Assembly: GCF_000008665.1 (NCBI RefSeq)
Contig: NC_000917.1
Coordinates: forward strand, 180,001 to 212,000
Direction of reading: 5' to 3'
Source of the DNA: Archaeoglobus fulgidus DSM 4304
Lineage (GTDB): Archaea > Halobacteriota > Archaeoglobi > Archaeoglobales > Archaeoglobaceae
DNA: 32,000 bases
Within the stretch, counting starts at the first letter, position 1; the number at the start of each line of letters is the position of its first letter. Shown here piece by piece: positions 1-9,411 of the stretch. The notes beneath the pieces are model-generated. The model saw only the letters and a list, made by a program, of their open reading frames with translations. It made no database searches and was not told where the DNA came from. Position numbers and translations under genes: made by a program.

Positions 1-432
1 TGGTGGAAGATTCCCTTCAAGCATTCTGCTGGCTTGCACGCCACGAAGTTCTTTCAGGGGCTGAAGGAGGGGAAGATTTTTGGAGTGAGATGTGATAGGT
101 GCGGGAGAGTTCTCGTTCCCCCCAGAGCCTTCTGCGAGAGGTGCCATGTTGAAACCAAAGAATGGGTTGAGGTGAGCGATGAAGGCGTGGTTGAAACACT
201 GACAGTAACCTACATGAAGTTTACTGGCTTACCTGACCCGCCTTACGCCATTGGTGTTGTCAGGCTCGATGGGGCAGATACGGGAATGCTCTGCTTTCTT
301 GGCGGTGTTGACTTGTCAGACTGGAGGAAAATCCACGAGACATTCAAACCGGGAACGAGGGTTAAAGCAGTGTGGAAGGAGGAGAGGGAGGGGAAGATAA
401 CGGACATCCAGTACTTTGAACCAGTGAAATAA
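1..432 (+). CDS. DUF35-type OB-fold/Zn-ribbon protein (acyl-CoA/thiolase/HMG-CoA synthase associated), 5' end truncated by window
   Basis: The reading frame stays open to base 1 (WWKIPFKHSAGLHATKFFQGLKEGKIFGVRCDRCGRVLVPPRAFCERC...). CxxC...CxxC Zn-ribbon followed by an OB-fold-like region. The ORF-track start at 34 is an internal TTG. Confidence 0.8.
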   Translation, partial: WWKIPFKHSAGLHATKFFQGLKEGKIFGVRCDRCGRVLVPPRAFCERCHVETKEWVEVSDEGVVETLTVTYMKFTGLPDPPYAIGVVRLDGADTGMLCFLGGVDLSDWRKIHETFKPGTRVKAVWKEEREGKITDIQYFEPVK

Positions 433-504
433 ACTTTCATTTTTTGCATGAAACGATATCAGCGCAAAGCAAAGTTTAAATCCTCAACAAATAATTCCTA
501 ACGA

Positions 505-1095
505 ATGATAGACAGGATCATATCGAAGCTTGTCTCCGCTGGAGCAGACTTAAGCTCGAAAAACGCCATAAAGGCTGCCCTGAAAATTCTCGGGGAGGAC
601 GAAGGGCTTGCGGACTACATTTACATTCTCGTAAAGAACAGAGCCTACAGGAAAGACTGGGCGGAGCTTCCTGTGGAAAAAAGGCTGATATTCCTGCCCC
701 AGTGCCTCAGAAACTCGAAGAGCTGCCAGGCAGAGCTAACTGAGAAAGGATACATTTGCAAGAAGTGCGGGGGCTGCGATATAGCCGAAATTGTAGAGAC
801 TGCGGAAGAGCTTGGGTATAAGCACGCCTACATAGTTCCCGGGGGAAGCATGATTTACAGAATCCTAAAAAGTCTGGATATGGGTTCCTTTGCGTGTCTC
901 GGCGTTGCTTGTCTTCCTGAGCTTTGCGAGGCCAGTGAGAGGCTTACGCTGAAGGACATTCCACACCAGTGCGTCCCCCTTCGGAAAACAGGATGTGTGG
1001 ACACGGAGGTAGATGTCGAAGAGGTCAAGGCTTTTTTAAAAGCTGGTATAGAGCATGAAGAAGAAAAAGCTGGAAATAGTGCTGGAAAAAATTAA
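505..1095 (+). CDS. DUF116 family protein (Cys-rich)
   Basis: ORF with CLRNSKSC...CKKCGGCDI...PGGSMI...ACLGVACLPEL motifs. TATA-like GTTTAAATCC about 26 nt before the ATG. Confidence 0.75.
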   Translation: MIDRIISKLVSAGADLSSKNAIKAALKILGEDEGLADYIYILVKNRAYRKDWAELPVEKRLIFLPQCLRNSKSCQAELTEKGYICKKCGGCDIAEIVETAEELGYKHAYIVPGGSMIYRILKSLDMGSFACLGVACLPELCEASERLTLKDIPHQCVPLRKTGCVDTEVDVEEVKAFLKAGIEHEEEKAGNSAGKN

Positions 1096-1669
1096 GGGTT
1101 TTCAGAATCCGAAAATAGAGCTTGAGCAATACGTCACCCCACCTTCGCTTGCTGCCTTCATAGCAACCACAGCGGAACTTAACGGTGACCTCGACCTAAT
1201 CATCGATTTGGGGTGCGGTACGGGAATTCTGGCAATAGCTTGCTCACTGCTTGGCCACTACTCAGTTGGAGTTGATCTGGATGTTGAGGCATTGAAAATA
1301 GCGAGAGATAACGCAGCAGAGCTTGGGGTTGAGGCAGACTTCGTGAGGAGCGAGGTATCGAAATTCCGGTGCAAGAGGAAAGTTACAACTGTGATGAACC
1401 CTCCTTTCGGCATACAGAGAAAGCACGCGGACAGACCTTTTTTGCTCAAAGCCTTTGAGATTTCGAAGGTAATTTACACCGTTCACTCCGCAGGAAGCTC
1501 AAATTTCGTTCGAAAGCTTTCGGAAGAGCATGGCTTTAAAGTTACGTACCAGTGGAACTTCTCCATCCCCCTTAAGAGGACCTACTCTTTCCACGAAAAA
1601 GCATTTAAGTATATACCCGTAGAGGTGTTTAGGATTGAGAAACATGAGATTCGTAATGCCGGGAGATAG
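1055..1669 (+). CDS. METTL5-like SAM-dependent rRNA/DNA N6-adenine methyltransferase
   Basis: SAM motif DLGCGTGILAIA and catalytic NPPFG motif. Overlaps the upstream gene by 41 nt. Confidence 0.8.
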   Translation: MKKKKLEIVLEKIKGFQNPKIELEQYVTPPSLAAFIATTAELNGDLDLIIDLGCGTGILAIACSLLGHYSVGVDLDVEALKIARDNAAELGVEADFVRSEVSKFRCKRKVTTVMNPPFGIQRKHADRPFLLKAFEISKVIYTVHSAGSSNFVRKLSEEHGFKVTYQWNFSIPLKRTYSFHEKAFKYIPVEVFRIEKHEIRNAGR

Positions 1670-2183
1670 GATAGGTTCTGCGGAGGAATACGTTAAAGGG
1701 GAGGGAGTTTACGAGGAGGGAGGAGAGCTTTTTGCCGCCGTTGCGGGAAAGCTCATCATCAAGGACAGAGTTGCAAAGGTGGAGAGCATCTCTCCGATCC
1801 CGGAGATAGTTAAGGGAGATGTTGTCCTCGGCAGAGTTGTGGACCTCAGAAACTCAATCGCTCTGATCGAAGTTTCAAGCAAAAAGGGAGAGAATAGGGG
1901 TCCGAGCAACAGGGGAATAGGAATTCTGCACGTCTCCAATGTCGATGAGGGATACGTAAAGGAAATTTCGGAAGCTGTGGGCTACCTCGACATTCTGAAG
2001 GCAAGGGTTATCGGGGACAACCTCAGGCTATCAACGAAGGAGGAGGAGATGGGCGTTTTGAGGGCTTTGTGCAGCAACTGCAAGACGGAGATGGTCAGAG
2101 AGGGCGACATCCTTAAATGCCCGGAGTGCGGGAGGGTTGAGAAGAGAAAAATCTCGACAGATTACGGCAAGGGAGAGTGGTAG
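1644..2183 (+). CDS. csl4: Exosome complex RNA-binding subunit Csl4
   Basis: N-terminal MPGDRI, central S1 domain (VLGRVVDLRNSIALIEV), C-terminal Zn ribbon (CSNCKTEM...CPECG). The ATG at 1644 (MRFVMPGDRIG) is a better start than 1635. Confidence 0.93.
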   Translation: MRFVMPGDRIGSAEEYVKGEGVYEEGGELFAAVAGKLIIKDRVAKVESISPIPEIVKGDVVLGRVVDLRNSIALIEVSSKKGENRGPSNRGIGILHVSNVDEGYVKEISEAVGYLDILKARVIGDNLRLSTKEEEMGVLRALCSNCKTEMVREGDILKCPECGRVEKRKISTDYGKGEW

Positions 2184-2184
2184 T

Positions 2185-2445
2185 ATGGAGGTAAAGATTA
2201 TCGACATCGGAGAAGACTACGTAAGGCTCGTGATTAAAGGGGAGGGGCACACGTACCTCAACCTTCTCCAGCACTATCTGGTTGAGGATGAGGACGTAAT
2301 TGTTGCCAGATACAACATCCCCCACCCTCTCATCGGAGAACCCGAGATTTACATAAAGACGAGTGGCGTTGACCCGCTTGAGGCGGTTAAAAGAGCCAAT
2401 GAGAAGATTATAGCAGCTTGCAACACACTTTTAGAGCAGCTCTGA
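2185..2445 (+). CDS. rpoL: DNA-directed RNA polymerase subunit L (Rpb11-like)
   Basis: MEVKIIDIGEDYVRLVIKGEGHTYLNLLQHYLVEDEDV...YNIPHPLIGEPEIYIKT is the archaeal RpoL pattern. ATG at 2185 lies just after the csl4 stop. Confidence 0.93.
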   Translation: MEVKIIDIGEDYVRLVIKGEGHTYLNLLQHYLVEDEDVIVARYNIPHPLIGEPEIYIKTSGVDPLEAVKRANEKIIAACNTLLEQL

Positions 2446-2490
2446 GCTCAGAACTCAAAACCCTCATCACCGTTCAGAGGGGCCCTTTCA

Positions 2491-3936
2491 TCATCGCTCA
2501 CTCAGCTTTACCCTCGCAGCTTTTAACCTTATCACAAAGGTCGCTCCGTGGGGCTTTGTATCTTCAACCCACACTTTACCCCCATACCTCTCCACGACCC
2601 TCTTGACGATGTAAAGCCCCAGTCCCGTCCCGCCAGTCTCACCGTACTTGAAGCTCTCCTTGAAAATCTGCCTCCTGATTTCCAAGGGGATTCCTACTCC
2701 GTAGTCCACAACCCTAATCTCGCAGTCATCCTCAAACTCACTGAGGATTATGTCCACCCTGTTCGTCCTTCCGTGCTTGATTGCGTTTGAAATGAGATTT
2801 TCAAGGACGGAGTATATTGCACCGTCCGCCATTGCAACACAGCTTCCCTTTATGTTTATCTCGATATTGAAAGACTTTGCCACCTCCTCTGCAACCTCTC
2901 GCATGTTGATGGGCTTCAGCTTCTCGCTCATCGTGAGAACAATTTTTTCGAGCTCCCTTATCTTGTCTATGTAGGAGCTGCTTTCCTCAACAGCTTTCAT
3001 GACCTTGTCGAGAAGCTCCTCCCTTTTCGTCATTCGGTACGTCTCGACGTATCCCGATATGATCTGCAGCTTGTTCAAAATATCGTGTCTCAGCATCCTG
3101 TTTATCAGCTTGAGAATTTCCTGCAACTCGTTTACTTGAGCGTAGAGTTCTGCATATTTCTTCCTCTCCGCGTCGAGGTCGTAGTAGCTGAGAAGCGTGA
3201 TTTCTGTCCTGTAGAATTTGTAGAGAACTGTCAGTAGCACTATGTTTGAGAATGTGAAAATGGCTGTAGAGAGGTCGAAGTCCAGCCACCCCCTGAAAGA
3301 CCTCAGGAGGGCCACATCGCTGATGTACTTCAGTATGAAGTAAAGCAGAAAGGATTTGTAGTAAGCCGCAGACTCCGTTTTGAAGTAAGCAGCTGTGAGC
3401 GTTAACAGAGAAAGAATTATCACAGAGTCGCATATCAGAGTTTCCAGATGTATAAACGTTGACAGATTGGAGTACTCAAGACCTACCAGCTCATAACTGG
3501 AAAAAACAAGGATGGGTATTGCGAGGATTGCGGGCAGAAAGTGCTTTACATCGAAATACCTCATCTCCCTCAAAATCTTCCAGAGGAAGAATCCGAGAAT
3601 CGGCGTTTCTGCCAGAAGGTATATCGGTATAAAGTACTCAAAGTGCTCAACCTTCAGTTGAAAGTCGCTCCTCACCCAAACCATCTGACCAACGCTGAGA
3701 ATCGAGAGCAGCAATAATCCCGAAAAAAATGCGAGGGTGGAGAAGAGCGTTCTCCTTTCGCTCTTGGATGCTCTTGCTAAGTAGACTGAAGCGATAAATG
3801 CAACCATTACCAAAATAATATTAAATAGGTATATACTTGGCAGAAATACATAGGGGGGCAGACCGTAATAGTAATTTACGGTGAACAGAGTAAGCTCAAA
3901 CAGTGATAGCAGCAATCCAACTGCGTAGATACTCAT
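2491..3936 (-). CDS. Membrane-bound sensor histidine kinase (multi-TM N terminus, HisKA-like + HATPase_c)
   Basis: HDILNKLQIISGYVE phosphoacceptor region, ENLISNAIKH N box, DYGVGIP G1, GGTGLGLYIVKRVVE G2. The ORF track starts at 3978 (TTG). ATG 3936 is preferred because TTTATTAA is centred about 26 nt upstream. Confidence 0.85.
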   Translation of the reverse strand: MSIYAVGLLLSLFELTLFTVNYYYGLPPYVFLPSIYLFNIILVMVAFIASVYLARASKSERRTLFSTLAFFSGLLLLSILSVGQMVWVRSDFQLKVEHFEYFIPIYLLAETPILGFFLWKILREMRYFDVKHFLPAILAIPILVFSSYELVGLEYSNLSTFIHLETLICDSVIILSLLTLTAAYFKTESAAYYKSFLLYFILKYISDVALLRSFRGWLDFDLSTAIFTFSNIVLLTVLYKFYRTEITLLSYYDLDAERKKYAELYAQVNELQEILKLINRMLRHDILNKLQIISGYVETYRMTKREELLDKVMKAVEESSSYIDKIRELEKIVLTMSEKLKPINMREVAEEVAKSFNIEINIKGSCVAMADGAIYSVLENLISNAIKHGRTNRVDIILSEFEDDCEIRVVDYGVGIPLEIRRQIFKESFKYGETGGTGLGLYIVKRVVERYGGKVWVEDTKPHGATFVIRLKAARVKLSER

Positions 3937-4048
3937 TATTGTTATTACGTTGAGGTAATTAATAAACCTAACTGCCAATTCTTTTCAAAAAAATTTATGT
4001 CTTTGTATAAACCAATAAAACTTTTTTACCTTGGGGCGAGGAGGAGCG

Positions 4049-5494
4049 ATGGCCTACGAAGACCTCAGGGAGTTTATAGGCAGACTTGAAGATAAGGGGG
4101 AACTGGCGAGAGTGAAGCACGAAGTCAGCCCGATTCTCGAAATGAGTGAAGTTGCTGACAGAACTGTAAAGGCCGGAGGGAAGGCTCTGCTTTTCGAAAG
4201 GCCGAAGGGTTACGACATCCCGGTTTTTATGAACGCCTTCGGAACTGAGAGGAGGATGAAGCTCGCTCTCGAGGTGGAAAGGTTGGAGGAAATCGGGGAA
4301 AGATTACTTTCCGCGCTGGAATTCAGACCATCTTCTTTTATGGATGCTTTGAAGGGAGTTGGGATGCTAAAGGACTTCATGTCGTTCATCCCTAAAAAGA
4401 CAGGCAAAGCTCCCTGCAAGGAGGTGGTGGCTGAAAGTCTGGATAAGTTCCCAATTCTCAAGTGCTGGCCGAAGGATGCGGGCAGGTTCATAACTTTTCC
4501 GGTTGTGATAACTAAAGACCCCGAAACCGGGGAGATGAACGCTGGAATGTACAGAATGCAGGTTTTCGATGGAAAAACAACCGGAATGCACTGGCAGATT
4601 CACAAGCACGGGGCGGAGCACTTCAGGAAGATGGCTGAGAAGGGAGGGGGGAAGATTGAGGTTGCCGTTGCCATTGGAGTTGACCCTGCAACCCTCTACG
4701 CTGCAACGGCCCCTCTGCCTTCGGGCATTAGCGAGTTCATGTTTGCCGGCTTTATAAGAAAGGAGAGGCTGAAGGTGACTGAATGCGAGACAGTTGACCT
4801 GCTCGTCCCAGCGAATGCGGAGATTATCCTTGAAGGATACGTGAGGGTGGATGAGATGAGAGTGGAAGGGCCCTTTGGAGACCACACCGGCTACTACACC
4901 CCACCAGAACCTTATCCTGTTTTTCACATAACCCACATCACTCACAGGGAGAACCCAATCTACCACGCCACCGTCGTTGGAAAGCCGCCGATGGAGGACG
5001 CATGGCTCGGCAAGGCGACGGAAAGAATTTTCCTCCCGATACTCCGGATGATGCATCCTGAAATTGTGGACATCAACCTTCCCGTGGAGGGAGCATTTCA
5101 CAACCTCGCAATCGTTTCAATCAAGAAAAGATATCCGGGGCAGGCCAAAAAGGTCATGTACGCAATCTGGGGTACAGGAATGCTCTCTCTCACGAAGATT
5201 GTGGTTGTGGTGGATGATGATGTCAACGTGCACGACATGAGGGAGGTTGTCTGGGCGGTAACCTCGCGCTTCGACCCTGCAAGGGATGTCGTTATCCTTC
5301 CACCCTCTCCCACCGACTCCCTCGACCACTCCGCCTACATTCCAAACCTGGCGGGGAAGCTCGGAATCGATGCGACCAAGAAGTGGAGGGATGAGGGCTA
5401 CGAGCGCGAGTGGCCGGATGTGGTGGAGATGGACGCAGAGACAAAGAGGAAAGTTGATGCAATCTGGAACGAGATAAGGAACATGGTTTTATGA
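4049..5494 (+). CDS. ubiD: UbiD-family prenyl-FMN-dependent decarboxylase
   Basis: MAYEDLREFIGRLEDKGELARVKHEV... and the central PFGDHTGYYTPPEPYPVFHITHITHRENPIYHATVVGKPPMEDAWLGKATERIFLPIL block. ATG 4049 preceded by GAGGAG. Confidence 0.88.
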   Translation: MAYEDLREFIGRLEDKGELARVKHEVSPILEMSEVADRTVKAGGKALLFERPKGYDIPVFMNAFGTERRMKLALEVERLEEIGERLLSALEFRPSSFMDALKGVGMLKDFMSFIPKKTGKAPCKEVVAESLDKFPILKCWPKDAGRFITFPVVITKDPETGEMNAGMYRMQVFDGKTTGMHWQIHKHGAEHFRKMAEKGGGKIEVAVAIGVDPATLYAATAPLPSGISEFMFAGFIRKERLKVTECETVDLLVPANAEIILEGYVRVDEMRVEGPFGDHTGYYTPPEPYPVFHITHITHRENPIYHATVVGKPPMEDAWLGKATERIFLPILRMMHPEIVDINLPVEGAFHNLAIVSIKKRYPGQAKKVMYAIWGTGMLSLTKIVVVVDDDVNVHDMREVVWAVTSRFDPARDVVILPPSPTDSLDHSAYIPNLAGKLGIDATKKWRDEGYEREWPDVVEMDAETKRKVDAIWNEIRNMVL

Positions 5495-6987
5495 GGAGCG
5501 TTGAAGCTTTATACTACAAGCTTTTCTCAATACCGAGAGCGGAAATAATGCTTGTAGCTTCTCTTTTTGCAGCTTTACTGCTTTCCCTGCTGGATGCTAG
5601 CCTTCTCTATCTGTGGGCTTTGGTTTTCGCTGTCTCACTTGCAGCCTTGAAGGTTGCAAAGCTGAAATTCGACCTTAAGAGAATCTCCTTCCTCGCAATC
5701 TTCATAACAACCCTCAGCACGCCGGCTGTTGTGTTAAAGGGCAATGCAACGGCTTCAGCCTTCGTCCTTTTCATCACTTACTACTTCTGCTCTGAAAGAA
5801 AGGCTCTATCAGTCCCGCTCGCATCACTGCCGTATATTGCCCTCAGCCCCCAAATTTCGACTCTGATAGGCCTTCTTATCTCAACCCTCCTTTTTCTGCT
5901 TTACATCAGAATTCTCGACGTCAAAGTTGGGGTTGTCAGGATTAGAAACTTCGTCGAGAAGTTCGTCCTGTTCTGGCTGACCTCCAATCCCAAATTCATG
6001 GAGGAGTTCCTTGAAGACTCTGCAGATGATTTCGAAGGCAGAGTGAGGTGCTTGGCGGTTAATGAAGCAAGGCTTGTTCAGACGGACTTCCACCCCGGCC
6101 CCTTCAGAAACGTTGGCGGAGCGATGCTTGTGGAGAAGCTCTCCGATGGTGGTATTTACCTCCACTCTCCCACTTCCCACGCCAGGAATCCAGTGAGTGC
6201 GGAGGAGGTGGAAAAAATCGTTTCGGCGGTCAGGTGCTCTGAAAAGGCTCTCACACCTCAAAAACCCTTTAAGGTTGAGAGCGAGAACTTTGAGGCCTAC
6301 TGCTTTCCCTTTGCAGAAACGAGGATGGTCTTTGTCAGCGGAAAAAGGCACATCGACGATTTTATCATAAACTCCGAGAGCTTCGTTGTTGACTGCCACA
6401 ACGCATACGAGGAAAACTACGACCCTGATGAAGGCGAGGTGGGGGAGATAGCGAGGCTGGTAAAGGTAGCGGAGGAAAGAACTTCTGAGCCCTCAAACGC
6501 TAAATCGGCATTCGTCCGCGTTGATGCCGAAACCGACAGCCTGTGCGGCTACGCTGCTGCGGTTCTGCTGGATTACGGGGAGGAGAGGTATGCGATTGTT
6601 GTTTTTGATGCCAACAACGTCGATTTGAGGTTCAGAAGACACGTCGAAAAGCTTTTTGGCGAGATGGGTTACACGGCGGTTGTTGCATCAACGGACAACC
6701 ACGCCAAAACCGGAATGAGAGCCAAGCTCGCCTACAAGCCAGCGGGTCAGGATGAAAGGGACTGGGAAGTTGCGGAGAAGCTGGCCAATTGCTGCAGGGA
6801 AGCTGAGTTGAAAGATGCTGTTTTCAGCTACGGTGAGCGGAGAGTTAAAGTCAAGGTTATGGGGGAGAAGCTTTTGAGGGATGCCGAGGTGGCTGTTGAG
6901 AGAAGAGCAAAGGGGCTCATCGCAACTTTTTTAGCGTTCGCGGCCACAAACTATTTGTTAAGCACAATGTTGAGATTCATTGCTTAA
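5491..6987 (+). CDS. DUF2070 family archaeal membrane protein
   Basis: Several N-terminal TM helices plus a soluble domain with GPFRNVGGAM...HSPTSHARNP...VDCHNAY motifs. 4-nt overlap with the upstream gene. Confidence 0.75.
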   Translation: MRSVEALYYKLFSIPRAEIMLVASLFAALLLSLLDASLLYLWALVFAVSLAALKVAKLKFDLKRISFLAIFITTLSTPAVVLKGNATASAFVLFITYYFCSERKALSVPLASLPYIALSPQISTLIGLLISTLLFLLYIRILDVKVGVVRIRNFVEKFVLFWLTSNPKFMEEFLEDSADDFEGRVRCLAVNEARLVQTDFHPGPFRNVGGAMLVEKLSDGGIYLHSPTSHARNPVSAEEVEKIVSAVRCSEKALTPQKPFKVESENFEAYCFPFAETRMVFVSGKRHIDDFIINSESFVVDCHNAYEENYDPDEGEVGEIARLVKVAEERTSEPSNAKSAFVRVDAETDSLCGYAAAVLLDYGEERYAIVVFDANNVDLRFRRHVEKLFGEMGYTAVVASTDNHAKTGMRAKLAYKPAGQDERDWEVAEKLANCCREAELKDAVFSYGERRVKVKVMGEKLLRDAEVAVERRAKGLIATFLAFAATNYLLSTMLRFIA

Positions 6988-7002
6988 AAGGAGGTGATCG
7001 TT

Positions 7003-8175
7003 ATGGACGCAGAGACGTTAAAAGAGTTAATCAGGGATGATTTCGAGGTTATTAACGCAAATGAGACGGTTTCGAAGCTGTTTCCGATGCTTGAAAAGCT
7101 GGACAGGGATAAGGCAAATGCGATACTTGTGGAGGAAGACGGAAAAATAGTCGGTGTTGTTAGGGAAAAGGACCTGATCAGGGGGAGTGTTTTGAAAAAC
7201 CCCCATGAAACTAAGGTTAAATCCCTTCTTGTAAGAACGGGAAAAATTGATTTGAACGAGCTTGACCCCTACAAAGTTGCGAGGAGGTTTGTTGAAGACT
7301 CCACACCCTTCGTTATAGTCCAGATTGACGATAAAAGGGTTGGAGTCATCTACATTAACGACTTCCTAAGCGCCCTTAAGGACGAGTTTAAGGACGTGAA
7401 GGTCAGAGAAGTGATGAATCCAGAGGTAATCACAGTAAGGAGGTTCGACAGCGCCGCTAAAGCGCTTTCGGTGATGAGAACTCACGGAATTGACAGGGTT
7501 GTGGTTGTGGATGAGAACAACAAGGTAATTGGAATTCTCACAGGCAAAGATGTAGTGGACAGGGTTATCTCCCCGAGAAAGAGAGCAAGGATGGGAGATT
7601 CGAGCGGAGAGAAGGAGAAGACACTATCGATCATGGTGGAGAGCATAATGAGCTCTCCGGTGGTCTCGGTTAGCAGGAACGACAGCGTTGCAGAGGTCAT
7701 CGACCTAATGGTTGAGAACAGAATTTCGAGCGTTGTTGTTACCAGAGACGGCCTGCCCGACGGCATTGTAATAAAGAAGGACATTCTGGAGTACTACCTT
7801 AAGAAGGAGTCGAGAAAGGAGTTCAACGTTCAGATTTCGACTGCAGACATAACACTCGATGAGTTCGATAGGGAAGCAATATTGGAGGACGTGGAGAAGC
7901 TGATGAGAAAGTTTTCCGACTTTCTCGGAGAGTCCTTCTTGTTTATCTACATAAAGAGGCACAAGGAGCATTTCCGCAATCTGCCTCTGATTCACGTCAG
8001 GCTGAAGCTCGCAAGCGAGAAGGGTAACTTCATGGTCAGTGGCGAGAGCTGGGGAGTGGAGTACGCCGTCCATGTGGCGCTGAAGAAGCTCGAAAGAGAG
8101 ATACTGAAGGAGAAAGAGCTGCTGGAAGACAAAAGAATGATAAAAAGGTTCTACGAAGAAGTTCTCGAATACTAA
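7003..8175 (+). CDS. Protein with tandem (four) CBS domains
   Basis: Repeated CBS motifs (GVVREKDLIR, GVIYINDFL, IGILTGKDVVDRV, DGIVIKKDILEYYL). The ATG at 7003 follows a near-perfect Shine-Dalgarno GGAGGTGATC. The track start GTG 6994 lies inside that SD. Confidence 0.85.
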   Translation: MDAETLKELIRDDFEVINANETVSKLFPMLEKLDRDKANAILVEEDGKIVGVVREKDLIRGSVLKNPHETKVKSLLVRTGKIDLNELDPYKVARRFVEDSTPFVIVQIDDKRVGVIYINDFLSALKDEFKDVKVREVMNPEVITVRRFDSAAKALSVMRTHGIDRVVVVDENNKVIGILTGKDVVDRVISPRKRARMGDSSGEKEKTLSIMVESIMSSPVVSVSRNDSVAEVIDLMVENRISSVVVTRDGLPDGIVIKKDILEYYLKKESRKEFNVQISTADITLDEFDREAILEDVEKLMRKFSDFLGESFLFIYIKRHKEHFRNLPLIHVRLKLASEKGNFMVSGESWGVEYAVHVALKKLEREILKEKELLEDKRMIKRFYEEVLEY

Positions 8176-9386
8176 ATTTTTTCCAACCTTTTTCTCACAC
8201 TCTCCGCATGCCACCTCAACCCTTCAGCTTCTGCAATTTTTACTACATCCCCTCCAATTCTCCTCATGCTCTCCTCGCTCAGCATCTGGAAGGTGAAGTG
8301 CTTCAGAAAGCTCTCAACGCTCAGGCCGCCGTAAATCTTGGCGTAGCCTGCAGTGGGTAAAACGTGGTTCGTTCCAGAGGCGTAGTCTCCTGCTGCGACG
8401 GGAGAGAAGTTTCCGAGAAAAACGCTGCCAGCATTTCTGACTTTCCCGAGCCATTCCTCCGGATTTTTAACCGCTACCGTGAGGTGCTCCGGAGCAAATT
8501 CGTTCGAAATTTCAAAGGCCTCCGCCAAGTCCTCAACAACGAAAACGGCGAAGTTGCTGAAATCTCCTTCCGATTTGACCTTTTTTTCCACCTCGTCGGC
8601 AACTTTCCGGGAGGTTGTGAGAACCACAGCCACTGCCATCGGGTCGTGCTCAAGCTGAGCGAGGCAGTCGCAGGCTATGAAGTCCGCATTAGCAGTTTCG
8701 TCCGCTATAACGAGAATTTCCGAAGGGCCTGCAGGCATGTCTATTGCCACATCCTTTGCCACAAGAAGCTTGGCCGCTGTGACGTAGATGTTTCCAGGCC
8801 CCACAATCTTGTAAACCTTCTCAACAGTTTCGGTTCCGTATGCCATGGCCGCTATCGCCTGCGCTCCGCCTGCCTTGTAAACCTCATCAAATTCGGCAAT
8901 ATCGAGGGCAACGAGGGTTAGTGGGTTTACTTTACCATCCTTGTTGGGAGGGGTGCAGGCGACCAGTTTCTCAACTCCCGCAATCTTTGCCGGAACGCCT
9001 ATCATTAAGGCCGTTGATGGATAGCTTGCTCTCCCGCCTGGAATGTAAGCGCCAACCTTCTCTATGGGGGTGTAGATTTTCCCCATAACGCAGTCCTCGA
9101 ACTCAACCTTCATATCCCTCTCAACTGATGTGACGTAGTGGAACCTGTAGATGTTCTCCTTCGCCACTTCAAGAGCGTCAATGAGGCCGTCATCCACCGC
9201 ATCATAAGCCTTCTCAAACTCATCCTCCGTAACTCTCAGGCTGTCAAGCTCGACTCCGTCCAAATCCCTCGTAAATCGGATTACAGCTTTATCTCCCTCC
9301 CTTTTGACGGCCTCAACGATTGGCTTTACCTTTTCAATGTAATCGTCAATGCTGACACTCCTTCTGAGCCTCAGAATTTCCTCCAT
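8172..9386 (-). CDS. hisD: Histidinol dehydrogenase
   Basis: YIPGGRASYPSTALM, GPGNIYVTAAKLLV...DMPAGPSEILVIAD, SLESFLKHFT-type block (SVESFLKHFTFQMLS). Confidence 0.97.
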   Translation of the reverse strand: MEEILRLRRSVSIDDYIEKVKPIVEAVKREGDKAVIRFTRDLDGVELDSLRVTEDEFEKAYDAVDDGLIDALEVAKENIYRFHYVTSVERDMKVEFEDCVMGKIYTPIEKVGAYIPGGRASYPSTALMIGVPAKIAGVEKLVACTPPNKDGKVNPLTLVALDIAEFDEVYKAGGAQAIAAMAYGTETVEKVYKIVGPGNIYVTAAKLLVAKDVAIDMPAGPSEILVIADETANADFIACDCLAQLEHDPMAVAVVLTTSRKVADEVEKKVKSEGDFSNFAVFVVEDLAEAFEISNEFAPEHLTVAVKNPEEWLGKVRNAGSVFLGNFSPVAAGDYASGTNHVLPTAGYAKIYGGLSVESFLKHFTFQMLSEESMRRIGGDVVKIAEAEGLRWHAESVRKRLEKI

Positions 9387-9411
9387 GCTTTAAGTAGGCG
9401 GGTGGAATAAA

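Noticed and set aside
4367-5101. 244-aa ORF antisense to ubiD
   Set aside because: Lies wholly within a well-supported UbiD coding frame on the opposite strand. Low-complexity, non-family-like sequence. Typical shadow ORF.
5881-6399. 172-aa ORF antisense to the DUF2070 gene
   Set aside because: No motif, fully nested; treated as spurious.
8364-8921. 185-aa and neighbouring ORFs antisense to hisD
   Set aside because: hisD is unambiguous; these are its mirror ORFs.
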